Positions 44,301-54,000 of a stretch of DNA of 64,000 nucleotides are shown piece by piece. The position numbers were made by a program, and so were the translations under genes. Position 1 is the stretch's first letter, and every line of letters begins with the position of its first letter. The DNA is from a virus (taxonomy: Duplodnaviria > Caudoviricetes): the IMG/VR virus record IMGVR_UViG_3300021600_000393, positions 1 to 64,000 of that record, one strand, 5' to 3'. The notes below the pieces were generated by a model. The model saw only the letters and a program-made list of their open reading frames with translations, was not told where the DNA came from and searched no databases.

Positions 44301-46247
44301 ACTAGATGTTCTCCAAGCTAAATTTTCAATTGAAAACATGTATTTTTTAACCGATTTTTGTCCATTACTATTAACAACAATATTTGTAGACTCAGTCCCA
44401 GCCGCTCCATTCATTGGAGCAATATTTAAATTATATGTATTATCTAAAACCGAATTTGTAAAACGTCTGTTTTTTGTTGTTATACCATCTGTTTTTTGTA
44501 AATCAGCATATGTAAAATATGGAGTATCTTTAGCAAATACTCTACCATATTCAAACCCTTTTTGAATCCCGGTAGTGTTATCTTTGTATCTTAAAATCTT
44601 AGAACCTTTAGTTATTTCTTTATACCCATCATTAAAAACTTTACTTACTTGATTAATCGCATTACCAACATGTTTTAATCTAGTAATACCGTTAACGTTA
44701 TCCGCAGAATCAATAAGTCTTTGAGTGTTATCTAAAATTGAACTTGATTTAAATTTTATGTTTGTTGATTCATTTTTAAAATAATCACTTGATATTTGAT
44801 TAAATTGTTTATCAACAGGGCCAGGTCCTCCACCAATTGTTGGTGCAAAACCAGCTGCGTTTTTATATCTTGGAGAAACCCAGACAAATTCACCTCCAAT
44901 ACCCCCACCATCAGTTAATGATTTACCAGCTAAACCAAAATTAAGTCTACCTATATTACCTTCATATAAATTACTTAACTCCGTTGGACCATAAACTGGT
45001 GACGACACTTGACGCCCAAAAATGTTTATAGGTATTTGATTTCCTGGTGAAGTAATTAAACTAGGTTCGGCATTTGCGCTACCAACATAGTAACCACCAG
45101 TTGGGTCTCCAAGAAACTTTAAGGCGGTATTAATTGCTTTTAAAGTTGCCCCGACAATACCACCTGCGGTTCTATCTAACGATGGTTTATATCGATTTAA
45201 ATCAATATTTGAAAATAAACTTGATTTTTGTCCGTCCCCAGTATTTGCTATAAAAATTTGTGAAGGATTTCTAATTGTATTTAACGCTCCGGATATAATC
45301 CCACCTGTTAATTGATTTAAAGAATTTAATATTAAAGAACCTTGTATTGCTGACGCACCAAGAAATAAATTAGGTGTAAAATAATCACCAGGAATTGGTG
45401 ATGTTGGATAAAACTCACCGTTCAATCTTGTTTTTAAATTTGTTTGAAAACTACTTTGGTTTTCTGGAACAGTAATTGACCAATTTTTATAAATTAATTG
45501 TTGTTTACCAGTCGCTAATGAACTTGTTTGATTTGGGTCTTTTAATGATTGTAACGTATTTTTACCAAAATTGTTACGGGATAATTCAGCGTCAGCTCTA
45601 ACTTTAAATAAACCTTGTAAATAACTTCCCCCTAACTTAGCAATAAATGAATCGCTAGATAATGCTCCATCACTACCATTTGGATTTTTATTATTAAATA
45701 TTTCAGACGAAGTATATGTTGAAGGAACAAAACTTGGAGGCCCCCAATAATTTTCATAAAGTTTATTATTATTTTGAATGTCGGTTATTGTTACCATATT
45801 TTGATAACCACCCGTTGGACCATAAACATTTTCATTATATGATAAATCAATAAAGAACTCATTTAATAAGTCCATTTTTGTGTCTTTTGGGCTATATTCA
45901 CCTTGATTTGAATTAATAGGTAATGGAGCTCCATTATATGTAATGTCAATGTTATAACCACCCTCAGGGCCATATTGATTTAAAGGAAATAATTTTTTTG
46001 CAAACGGGTCTTCCGCAATATAAGAATCCGGAGAATCGATAACTGGTGAATCAGTAAGAATTGTTTCGTAATTTAAATTTCCAACTGAAGGTGAAAAAAC
46101 TCCAACAACTTTATACGCCGCAAGGTTTTTTCCAACTAATAAATCCCTAAATGTTTTTGTAGACGCAAAAGATAAAAAACTTTTACCCGGAGAACCAATT
46201 GAGTTCTGACCGTTTGTTACGCTATTTGGTATACCTTCAACCGCCAT
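41349..46247 (-). CDS. Tail-tube-initiator-like baseplate protein with inserted OmpA-like peptidoglycan-binding domain
   Basis: FPPYDISFSE...FLGRPEPIYTY..TTRTGTLSW and PPILVLRIGD...PMIAKITM (tube-fold motifs) flank FYFDND...VGSAS....YNLTLSKNRVDSI...CRRVVI (OmpA_C motifs). Sits right after the tape measure gene. Confidence 0.65.
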   Translation of the reverse strand: MAVEGIPNSVTNGQNSIGSPGKSFLSFASTKTFRDLLVGKNLAAYKVVGVFSPSVGNLNYETILTDSPVIDSPDSYIAEDPFAKKLFPLNQYGPEGGYNIDITYNGAPLPINSNQGEYSPKDTKMDLLNEFFIDLSYNENVYGPTGGYQNMVTITDIQNNNKLYENYWGPPSFVPSTYTSSEIFNNKNPNGSDGALSSDSFIAKLGGSYLQGLFKVRADAELSRNNFGKNTLQSLKDPNQTSSLATGKQQLIYKNWSITVPENQSSFQTNLKTRLNGEFYPTSPIPGDYFTPNLFLGASAIQGSLILNSLNQLTGGIISGALNTIRNPSQIFIANTGDGQKSSLFSNIDLNRYKPSLDRTAGGIVGATLKAINTALKFLGDPTGGYYVGSANAEPSLITSPGNQIPINIFGRQVSSPVYGPTELSNLYEGNIGRLNFGLAGKSLTDGGGIGGEFVWVSPRYKNAAGFAPTIGGGPGPVDKQFNQISSDYFKNESTNIKFKSSSILDNTQRLIDSADNVNGITRLKHVGNAINQVSKVFNDGYKEITKGSKILRYKDNTTGIQKGFEYGRVFAKDTPYFTYADLQKTDGITTKNRRFTNSVLDNTYNLNIAPMNGAAGTESTNIVVNSNGQKSVKKYMFSIENLAWRTSSRDGFTYDQLPAEEKGQNGGRVMWFPPYDISFSETSNPSFTPTSFLGRPEPIYTYKETTRTGTLSWKIIVDHPSILNLIVKKQLQNADSERVNSIVESFFAGCAKFDIIELAKRFPYVESKDLVTYQEILSKPGVSVEQITEIVKETKTEETTIGPKTNDSFNDYKSLGFYFDNDVGAGNYLTLFNTYTGRSGTYETFSKNFTGFNKNTTQFFENIIVNNFKQIDKTIGNPDKNLMSDLETYLIKKQGEVKITFVGSASALADDKYNLTLSKNRVDSIETYFKTSSKTFQEALLDGSLEITFDSKGESEKNVTPKGGTGDFGNNITCTDLQTPKDAQVYSVSAMACRRVVISDISAKDYSKTIKEENVVEKSKIGIKKTPILPKVIGITSKLKEGIAKKIIRGLLNEASYFEMIEENSPMVYASIKEKIKHFNPAFHSMTPEGLNSRLTFLQQCVRPGDTIPVIGPDGKPKFNDALNTSFGTPPILVLRIGDFYNTKIVPTQFGIQYDPLLFDLNPEGIGVQPMIAKITMAFNFIGGSGLQRPIEQLQNALSFNYYANTEIYDERAVPTEDTSAMDMEFFNSIVKGEIKTDVNNIASQINNNGGTTIGQILTTKSNAVGSNGDISYKNIMDLLFDDTKTYYTNLLNQLEIIVKTYNLDILELFRKDRLFIEGTVLTGGQKTKIFGKPKPEIGTNINDLFTSVYTDIDKSSNPIIGGILEKMQNISGTTLKIIKDNMKTYIKDKVQSNFSNSIQQIIQNLSTQQESLVQDIRKINLISEKTDGIIIGGGNIRIYNLEGTDDITKPAKQGINNTLDELKSDFDNFGKNVLKFYGDQGLGIGSLYLKITRNENPPIAKAFYSVIVQTLKNKKNEFRANVLGVLLKDVKKYKKEIQAFDSSLNNVSTIYITKFDNEIKEFGKRKESVKKEFIDKLSQNTYVKGPIRKFTYTTVPIAEDSDQKKKIKDLYATQNPNVDTTTFDGKIKFN

Positions 46248-46282
46248 GTTTTTTTAATAATAAATAGGTTGAATTTAATTTT

Positions 46283-48298
46283 TTAATTGGGTCGACTACC
46301 ATTAGTTACAACATCTTTTATACTTGTTGCAACAACTTGTTTTAATCCCATATCATCTTTAAATGCTTGAGTAACAACATCAACTATTTTTTGATTTAAA
46401 TCAGGATTAATATTATCGTTTGATGTGCTTACTCTAACTTCAATAACTACTTTATTTTCATTTGATGTTTCATTTGTTGTTGAATTTTTAGTCATATTTT
46501 CCAACTCTTTTGTTGGTATATTTAATCCTTTAGATATCATTTGAATAATATCACCGTTTGTATTAATAGGATTAATATCTTTAATAGTTGAACTTGTTTC
46601 CATACCATTAGACATTGGTGAAATATCACCTTTAATCATTTTTGCAATATTATTAAGTCCAGTTCCAGCAATAATTGTATCTTTTTCAAAAAATTCAATA
46701 TCCCCATCTTCGGTCCTAATAAAATCATCCCCCGTTTGTGTCTTAATATTTTTTGATATTTCTGATAAAACACTCCCAATGCCCACACCTAATAAAGTTA
46801 ATTTATTAGTTAACTCACCAATTACAATATTAAATGGTTCAGGTAATTTTGCAGTTTCTATATCTAGTTGTTGACCACCTTTATTTATATCAAATAATGA
46901 TTTTGGAAATGTTTCTAAATACTTATCACGTTCGGCCTTGGTTGGAAAAGTTTTTACACTAACATTATCTTTTTTTTCTGTAATTTTTCTAGTACTACCC
47001 CCCGCAAATTCTCTAAATATTTTTGCTAAGGATTCATTAATGTCCTGACCTATTTTTGCTGCGTTTATTGTTGATGACGCAACAGCCATACCTAACCCTT
47101 TACTCACACCAACAGTACCTATAGTTTTATTTAATAGTTCTAATTGAGTTAATTGCTCTTGAGCTAATTTTTCAACTGTTTTTGGTTCTAATTGTTTTAA
47201 CATATCCTTATTTATTTCCCCATTTTCACTTATTTTTGCCATATAATCATCCAGATTTTCGTCAACACCATTAACGGCAATTACAAATTTTCCTTTGTCA
47301 TTTAAACGTGTCATATTTGCAATTAACGTTTTTTGTTCTTCAGTTGCCATTTCAGGAAATTTAATACCAGCCATTTTACTTTCTAATTCAACGCCAGACC
47401 TAGCCATATTAGTTAATGATTCATAAGGTATTTTTAATTCAGCAGCAATTGCTCTAAGTTGTTCTCTACCACCTGGTAATATTTCCATTTGACCCGCCTC
47501 ATTTAATTTAGTAAACCCCTTTGTCATTTCAGCAATTTGTCTTTGAAGTTCCGCAGGGTCATTTTGAGATAAATTCATTAATCTCATTGGGTCTAATAAA
47601 TCAGATTGAACAACACCTAACCTTTGTAACGCTGCCGCCATATCAATTGCATTTTCCGGGCTTAACATTCTGTCTGCAAAGTCTAATGTTGATTTCATTT
47701 CAACCCTCATTTGAACGGCCTGCGCAGCCATTTTTGTTAAACCATCAACCCCACCTTGAAATGTGTATTTATCCATAGCGGACATGTTACTAGCCATTTC
47801 GTCACTTACTTTTTTACCATTGAGCCCAGACGCTCTTGCAACATCAAGAGTCTTACCCATTTTTTCTGAAATAGATTCTAAACTAAATCCAGCATTAGTA
47901 AATTTTTCCGCCAAGGTTTTAGCCTCTATACCAGTAACCTTTGCTGTTCCTTGTAAGTCTCCAAATAACTTATCATTATATAAAGCGTTTTTTCCGGTGA
48001 CCTGACTTAAAGTCACCATCATGCCTTGAGCGAGTTCTATTGATTTTTGAGCATCATACCCAAGTTTTTGGATACCTTCTACTGAACCAGCAATATTTTT
48101 TCTGATAGCGTCAGCAGATTCTTCTCCAAGACCAAGTTGATTAGTTGTTTGAGCCGCTAAATCGTAAACGGTTTGAAAAGTTTTTTTAAGGGTTTTGGTA
48201 CTTAAAGCGTCAGCAAGTTTTCCAAGGAAAGTGTTAAAAACATCATTTATGTCAGCTATTTCAGTTAAGACTGCCTTTTTTTTGTTACCTGGTGGCAT
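46283..48298 (-). CDS. Tail tape measure protein
   Basis: Ala/Met/Gln-rich alpha-helical sequence in the canonical position downstream of tube and chaperone. Confidence 0.75.
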   Translation of the reverse strand: MPPGNKKKAVLTEIADINDVFNTFLGKLADALSTKTLKKTFQTVYDLAAQTTNQLGLGEESADAIRKNIAGSVEGIQKLGYDAQKSIELAQGMMVTLSQVTGKNALYNDKLFGDLQGTAKVTGIEAKTLAEKFTNAGFSLESISEKMGKTLDVARASGLNGKKVSDEMASNMSAMDKYTFQGGVDGLTKMAAQAVQMRVEMKSTLDFADRMLSPENAIDMAAALQRLGVVQSDLLDPMRLMNLSQNDPAELQRQIAEMTKGFTKLNEAGQMEILPGGREQLRAIAAELKIPYESLTNMARSGVELESKMAGIKFPEMATEEQKTLIANMTRLNDKGKFVIAVNGVDENLDDYMAKISENGEINKDMLKQLEPKTVEKLAQEQLTQLELLNKTIGTVGVSKGLGMAVASSTINAAKIGQDINESLAKIFREFAGGSTRKITEKKDNVSVKTFPTKAERDKYLETFPKSLFDINKGGQQLDIETAKLPEPFNIVIGELTNKLTLLGVGIGSVLSEISKNIKTQTGDDFIRTEDGDIEFFEKDTIIAGTGLNNIAKMIKGDISPMSNGMETSSTIKDINPINTNGDIIQMISKGLNIPTKELENMTKNSTTNETSNENKVVIEVRVSTSNDNINPDLNQKIVDVVTQAFKDDMGLKQVVATSIKDVVTNGSRPN

Positions 48299-48310
48299 GT
48301 TATTTTTAAT

Positions 48311-48318
48311 TATAAATA
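48311..48318 (-). promoter_or_regulatory. TATTTATA putative phage late promoter (tape measure gene)
   Basis: One instance of the recurrent TATTTAT motif, 12 nt upstream of the ATG. Confidence 0.6.
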
Positions 48319-48326
48319 TCTAAAAA

Positions 48327-48473
48327 CTATTTTTGAGACTCTAATAATTTATTCATTAAAAAAGTTTTTACATATGTAGGCATATTTAAAAATTCAGAAT
48401 AACCAATATGTAGTAATTTTGCGAAATAAAAATATTGGTTTAATACAACCTCAATATGATTAGAAGAAAGGCC
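48327..48473 (-). CDS. Frameshift-accessed C-terminal extension of tail assembly chaperone (gp51/GT-like, 48 aa)
   Basis: The +1 frame stays open as GLSSNHIEVVLNQYFYFAKLLHIGYSEFLNMPTYVKTFLMNKLLESQK*, filling the gap to the TMP promoter. No ATG at its 5' end. Confidence 0.7.
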   Translation of the reverse strand, partial: GLSSNHIEVVLNQYFYFAKLLHIGYSEFLNMPTYVKTFLMNKLLESQK

Positions 48474-49218
48474 GAAAAAATTCAACCCCGAAGGTAATAT
48501 TAATATCTACCATTTCTCCTGACGGGGTTTTAACTTTTCGTTTAAGGTCTAAACCTGGGTTATTGTTATTTAAAAATTTTCTTATGTGTTTAGAATCCAT
48601 AATTGGAAGTTTTTCAACATATGTAGAAATAAAAATATTATCTTCATTACCATTAACACTAACAATTTCTTTATTAAGTCTTAATGTAATAGACGGAACT
48701 GTTCTTCCAACTGGGTATTGATTAATTATTGATTCTAATTCTCTTTGTTCACCATACGACATTAGTTTTAACTTAATAGTATCCCCACTTCTTGGAAGAA
48801 CGGTAGTTAAATGTCCATTTTCGTCTGGAGTAACTTCAGTTTTTTTAATGTTTAATTCATCTAAAAGAATCGAAGATTCAAATTTTTTACTTGTTTTTGT
48901 GTCGGTTATTGAAAAGAAATATTCATGTCCAAATGAGGTGTTTCTTAAAAAAATTAATATCGCTTCAATATCACCATCTAAAAGTTCTTCAACTTTTAAT
49001 TCTGGTTCATAAAGTTTACTTCTAATTAATGTTGTTATTATGTTAGCCGATGGGTTAGATAACGCTGACGCAATTATATTTTCATCTGAAGCGGTTAAAT
49101 AACCAACCTTAACAACCTTTTTTTTTGATTTATAATAAATTCCACCTGACGGTAATGTTACCAAATCGTGGGGTAAATTCATATTTTGCGTTCCCGCATT
49201 AATTAATTCTTGGTCCAT
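48460..49218 (-). CDS. Baseplate hub assembly / tail assembly chaperone (T4 gp26-like)
   Basis: VTLPSGGIYY, LTASDE, GDIEAILIFLRNTSFG and C-terminal FGVEFFRP. Located between tube and tape measure genes. Confidence 0.8.
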   Translation of the reverse strand: MDQELINAGTQNMNLPHDLVTLPSGGIYYKSKKKVVKVGYLTASDENIIASALSNPSANIITTLIRSKLYEPELKVEELLDGDIEAILIFLRNTSFGHEYFFSITDTKTSKKFESSILLDELNIKKTEVTPDENGHLTTVLPRSGDTIKLKLMSYGEQRELESIINQYPVGRTVPSITLRLNKEIVSVNGNEDNIFISTYVEKLPIMDSKHIRKFLNNNNPGLDLKRKVKTPSGEMVDINITFGVEFFRPFF

Positions 49219-49250
49219 CTTTTTATTTTAAAAATAAACCTTTAAATAAA

Positions 49251-49373
49251 TTAATCAATCTTTTTATTAACTTTTTTTACTTTTTTTTTATGTCTATTTT
49301 TAAATTCTTTTTCAGTTTCAAATATTTTTCCACAATTTGTACAAGTATATCCGGTGATTATGTTGTTTTCCAT
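49251..49373 (-). CDS. Tiny zinc-finger-like basic protein (40 aa, not in ORF track)
   Basis: Manually translated MENNIITGYTCTNCGKIFETEKEFKNRHKKKVKKVNKKID. Confidence 0.5.
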   Translation of the reverse strand: MENNIITGYTCTNCGKIFETEKEFKNRHKKKVKKVNKKID

Positions 49374-49411
49374 TTTATTTAGTTTTGTATTAGTACTTAT
49401 TATTAATTTTT

Positions 49412-49448
49412 AAAAAAGAAAAACCCATATATTTTAGTATATGGATTT
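49412..49448 (-). terminator. Probable intrinsic terminator after the tail tube gene
   Basis: Minus strand aaatccatata-ctaaaa-tatatgggttt followed by a T-rich tract. Confidence 0.55.
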
Positions 49449-49479
49449 AAAATTTGGATGTAAAGGATATGTAAAATAT

Positions 49480-49968
49480 TTAGTAAACTAATATACAACG
49501 GTCCATTCTTAATTCAGTAGTAATTGTTGCTAATTTATCAGAATCATACCCAAGGGCTCCAAAATCAGCACTAGTTAAAAAACAACCTTCTAAAATCCAT
49601 TTTTCAACTACAACACCTGTTGGGTCCAACATTTCAAGGTCAACATTTTTTTTATATCCTGCGGCATAACCCATACGACCTGTAACGGATTCTGCACATA
49701 ATCTAACCCATTCCATTAATGCTTGAGACGCTGAAGGACCTATAGGGTCTCTAAACGTAACCGAAATTGGTGACCATTCAAATCTACCAGCAACATAAGT
49801 TGATGTGTTTAAAAAAGGAATTGGGGTTGAGTTAATTTTTATGCTAGGTCTTTTTGCGGCTTCAACAAACCATTCGTTTATACCTAACGTTGAAGGAAAA
49901 CGCATAATAAACCTGTTAGCTCTTTTTGGTTCATACGGTATGGGCATTTTCATTAATAAATCGGCCAT
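49480..49968 (-). CDS. gp19: Tail tube protein (T4 gp19-like)
   Basis: YEPKRANRF, YVAGRFEWSPISVTFRD, LMEW, YKKNVDLEMLDPTGVVVEKWILEGCF. Downstream of the sheath gene. Confidence 0.9.
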   Translation of the reverse strand: MADLLMKMPIPYEPKRANRFIMRFPSTLGINEWFVEAAKRPSIKINSTPIPFLNTSTYVAGRFEWSPISVTFRDPIGPSASQALMEWVRLCAESVTGRMGYAAGYKKNVDLEMLDPTGVVVEKWILEGCFLTSADFGALGYDSDKLATITTELRMDRCILVY

Positions 49969-50002
49969 GTTATTTTGTTTTAATTGTTTTTATTTCTTTT
50001 AT

Positions 50003-50010
50003 TATAAATA
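50003..50010 (-). promoter_or_regulatory. TATTTATA putative phage late promoter (tail tube gene)
   Basis: Recurrent motif upstream of the gp19-like start. Confidence 0.6.
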
Positions 50011-50071
50011 TACGGTTATAAAATTTTTCTATTTACTTTTGTTTTTTATTTTTTATCATAACAATATAAAA

Positions 50072-50950
50072 TTACTGCAGTTTTTTAATTCCGCCATATG
50101 TTGAATATGTTTTAAGATTATTTTTTGGATTTTTATCAAAATGTCCTTTTATTTTTTCTACATTTTTTAAATCATCATCAGAAAAACCAATCATAGGTTC
50201 TCTTTCCATAAAAGAATTATTAACTTTTGTTATAAGTCCTCCATTTTTAATTAATTCTTTTAAATTACCAACATTATGTTTTACATATTGTAAAAATTCA
50301 GTTAAAGCTTCAATTTTACCTTGTTCTGGGGAAGACGCTTGATTTGAACCAAAACTAACTGGATAAAATTTACAAAGATTTAAATATTCATTAACTAATT
50401 GTTCTTTAGTTTCATTTTTATTAATTGGTTCGTTAGCAAGTTTTTTAAATTTTATAATGTTTTTTACCACTTCATCAGAATTAATTCCGTTATGATTTGA
50501 CATTATATACATATAAACACCTTTTTTAAGAGTATTTGGGTTATGTCCTCTTGCGGTCACTATTGAAAAAATTGAAGCGTGATTAATAGCTTCTTTAAAA
50601 TCTTCCCAAGCCGGACCTTCTTTAGCATTTAAAATATCTTTTAAAAACTTAGAATCCCCCTGAACTTGAAAATTTCTAAAAGAATTATCTGCAAATTCAA
50701 CAATTTCTTGTCCCTCATACGTAAATGGAACTTTACCTATTTTACTTCGATATGTTGCAAAATCTTCAGTTGACATTCCAACTTCATCACCTTTTGAATT
50801 TTTTAGCATAATTTCGGTTGGCATTGTTACAATATTATCATCCCAATCAAATGAGTAATATTTTAAACTTGGTAGTCCTTCTTTATCAAAATTTTCATCA
50901 ATTAAAAATTTAAAATTTTGATATTGTTTATTTGTTAATTTAAAGTTCAT
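50072..50950 (-). CDS. HAD-superfamily phosphatase-like protein
   Basis: Motif I YSFDWDDNI, motif II IVTARGH, Lys in QGK and motif IV FSDDDLKN. Confidence 0.75.
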   Translation of the reverse strand: MNFKLTNKQYQNFKFLIDENFDKEGLPSLKYYSFDWDDNIVTMPTEIMLKNSKGDEVGMSTEDFATYRSKIGKVPFTYEGQEIVEFADNSFRNFQVQGDSKFLKDILNAKEGPAWEDFKEAINHASIFSIVTARGHNPNTLKKGVYMYIMSNHNGINSDEVVKNIIKFKKLANEPINKNETKEQLVNEYLNLCKFYPVSFGSNQASSPEQGKIEALTEFLQYVKHNVGNLKELIKNGGLITKVNNSFMEREPMIGFSDDDLKNVEKIKGHFDKNPKNNLKTYSTYGGIKKLQ

Positions 50951-50962
50951 AATGGCTAATTA

Positions 50963-50995
50963 AAAAACAAGTTGACATTACATCAACTTGTTTTT
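50963..50995. terminator. Intrinsic terminator after the tail sheath gene
   Basis: Perfect inverted repeat aaaaacaagttga-cattaca-tcaacttgttttt. Confidence 0.8.
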
Positions 50996-51004
50996 AATAA
51001 AAAT

Positions 51005-54000
51005 TTATATATTCTCAAACGATGCTCCAGTTGGAGTAATGTAAAAGGTTATGTCAATAAATTCAAGTGACTTAGTTGGTTTGATATAAATCTTACCAGT
51101 CAATTGATTTCTATCTAAATCAGCTGCGTCTGAAGAAACTGTTACACGAAAATCGTATAAACCTCTATCTCTTCTAATCGCGTCTAAAATTGGATTAACC
51201 GCGTCTAAGAAATCTTGTCTTACTTTAGCGTCATTTTGTTCAAATAATAATCTAACAGAAACTGCTGATATTAATTTACGAGCTTGTAATAACAATCTTC
51301 TTACGTTTATTCTATCAAGTGCGGATTCTCTAATTTGTAAAGTTTTATTTCCCCAAATAACAGTTCCAACATCAGAAAAAGTTGCAATTGGATTGATTCT
51401 ACCTTTATATAAAGTATCTCTATCCTCTTGTGTTAATTTTTTTCTTGCTTTGATAGCGTTTACTAAACCACGTGTATAACCAGCCGCTGCGAACCAAGGG
51501 AACGCAATGTTATCGGTTAACGCTAAGTTTCTTGTAACCTCAGCGGTAGGTGGTAGGTAAATTTGAGTGTTATTAACACTATCTCTAGTTAAAACCCAAG
51601 GGTAATAAGTTGCGGTGTAGTTAGAGTCAATTCCAGTACCTTCTAAATTATCAACCGATTCTTGTGGGTAAATAATATCAGTTGGTTCTCCAACTGTAGG
51701 ACTAAATAAATTATAATCTGGTGTTGTACAAATATATAATGAATCAGCTCTATCAAATTCAATCATTTGAATTGCTCCTTCAACTAAATCAGAATTATTT
51801 AAATAATCAATACCAGGAGTCACAAATAAATTAATATTAACCGCCTCAGGATTAGAAAATGTATTAATACCTAAAAGATAAGCATAATAGTCAGAATTAC
51901 CATATTCAATTGTGTTGTCACCAACAGTAATTTGTTTAAACGCTCCCCAACCTGTTGCTGTAGGATATTTAATTGACGGACAAGCTCCTTTTAAATAACC
52001 ACCTCGACCTAAAACAAATCTATCAGCGTTAGTTCTATATTCTCTGTAAATATCCCAACCGTCAAAACCTCCTATACAAAGTAAAGTAAATTTACGAGAA
52101 AATAATCTATAATATTGGTTTGACTCATTTACAGGGTCTGTTGTAAAAGATGATGCTCCAACAAAAAACAAAGGAGTTCCACTTGTAGTGTAATTACTAG
52201 ATATTGTTAATGCACTTGCGTTAACATCCATATGATAACCTCTTGTTTTATACGCCCAATCGTCACCAGTGCTATCTGAACAAACACTAAGAGGTAATTG
52301 TTTACCTTTGTATTGTAAGAAATCAGTATCAACTCCAACTGAATCAGATATACCTAAATAAGTTCTTCTTACTTTATCACCGTTACTTCTGATTGCGTCA
52401 TCAGCTCCTGATGCCAAACCAAATGGTGGATTGTAAACTACTTCCCCAGGAAAATCGTACTTTGTTTTATAAACTGGGAATGGAGGTCTTACACCAGCAT
52501 ATTCTCTATATTGGAAACCTTCAAATCCACAAGGTAACGCGTCAACCGGAGCGTCATCATTCATTTCAACCATTACTAATTTAGAATTTAATGTGTATTC
52601 TCCGTTTTTAGTTCCTATTTTTTTCCCAATAAATCCATTATCATTAGGGTTCATATTACAATTTGTAAATTTTTCTAACACAACTGGTGCTTCGTCACTA
52701 TCAAAGAAATCTCTAATTAATACGTCAAAATTACCATTACCAAATGATATATTTGCAATTGAAATTTTAATTTCAGTGTTAGCAGCGTCACCATCAGCAA
52801 TTGTTGTAAATTTAAATAAATTAGAAACTTTATTTCCTCTTAATTCAGAAACTACCCAAGGTGATGTTGGTGATTGATATTGTTCTAAATACCAACCAAT
52901 ACTTGTTGGGTCTGAACCTTGTCTTGCATCTGGTAAATAAGTTAAGTTAGAACTTACACCTCTAATATATCCTTTTCTATAACCATATGTTAATAATGCC
53001 CCAAATTGTTCTTCAACAAATAAAGGTACCGTAGTCCTCGGTTTTGAAAAATTAGACGCTCCAAAAACTTTTGATACATAATTAACATCAGAAATTTGAA
53101 AAGAAGTTTCAAAAAATAAATTATTACCGTCTTTATCAGTAATATTAACACCAAAAGTTGAAAAAGGATTTTTAGATGCTCCAGAATAAGAACTTGAAAA
53201 ATCTAAAGTCATTCCAGTTTGTCCGGTAACTTGATATACTGCCCCAGTATCGGTAGAGTAAGTCGCTAACCCTCTTGACCTCATTGTTGCAATAACTAAA
53301 TCATCATAATTTAAGTAAGGTGTTCCTGAATAAATGTATAATGTTCCATTAACAGTTCCACTAAAGTTAGTAATTATAATTCCGTTATTATTATTTCCAG
53401 TATTACCTGTCACACAAGGATTACAAGGGTCACTAATTTCAACATTTACTGTCCAACTTTCAGTTACCGTAGTATCTTCTGACACTAAAACGTATGTTTT
53501 TGTTAAACCGGTAAAATTAACGGTACTTCCGGTAGAGTATTGTGTTACAGAATTAAGAGTTACCCCTGTTGTACAAGCACTAAATGTAACCGTTAAAGCG
53601 GATAAATCATTAATAGTTGTTGCTGAAGGAAGACAAAATGAAATAGTATTTGTGTTGTGGTTAATATTACCACTATAAGTACTACCACTAAGAGCGGATG
53701 ATGCTCCACTAACTGAAAACGAATAAAACGTAGCACAATTTGATGAAGTGGATGTTTGAGTTAAACCTGAAATATAATTATAAAACGAATAACCGCTATA
53801 TGTACCATTACCATTATTATCAAATAATGCATAATACCAAGGGTCGTTATTTGGGTCATTAAAATTAGCATTTCCTGAATTAACATAATCTAAATTAAAG
53901 ACATTTGTTGACGCTGTATAACCACTTAATGAATTATAATCGGTTTGAGGTATAACACCAAAATATTTTATAGAATAGTTCTCAGTATTGTTATTAGATA

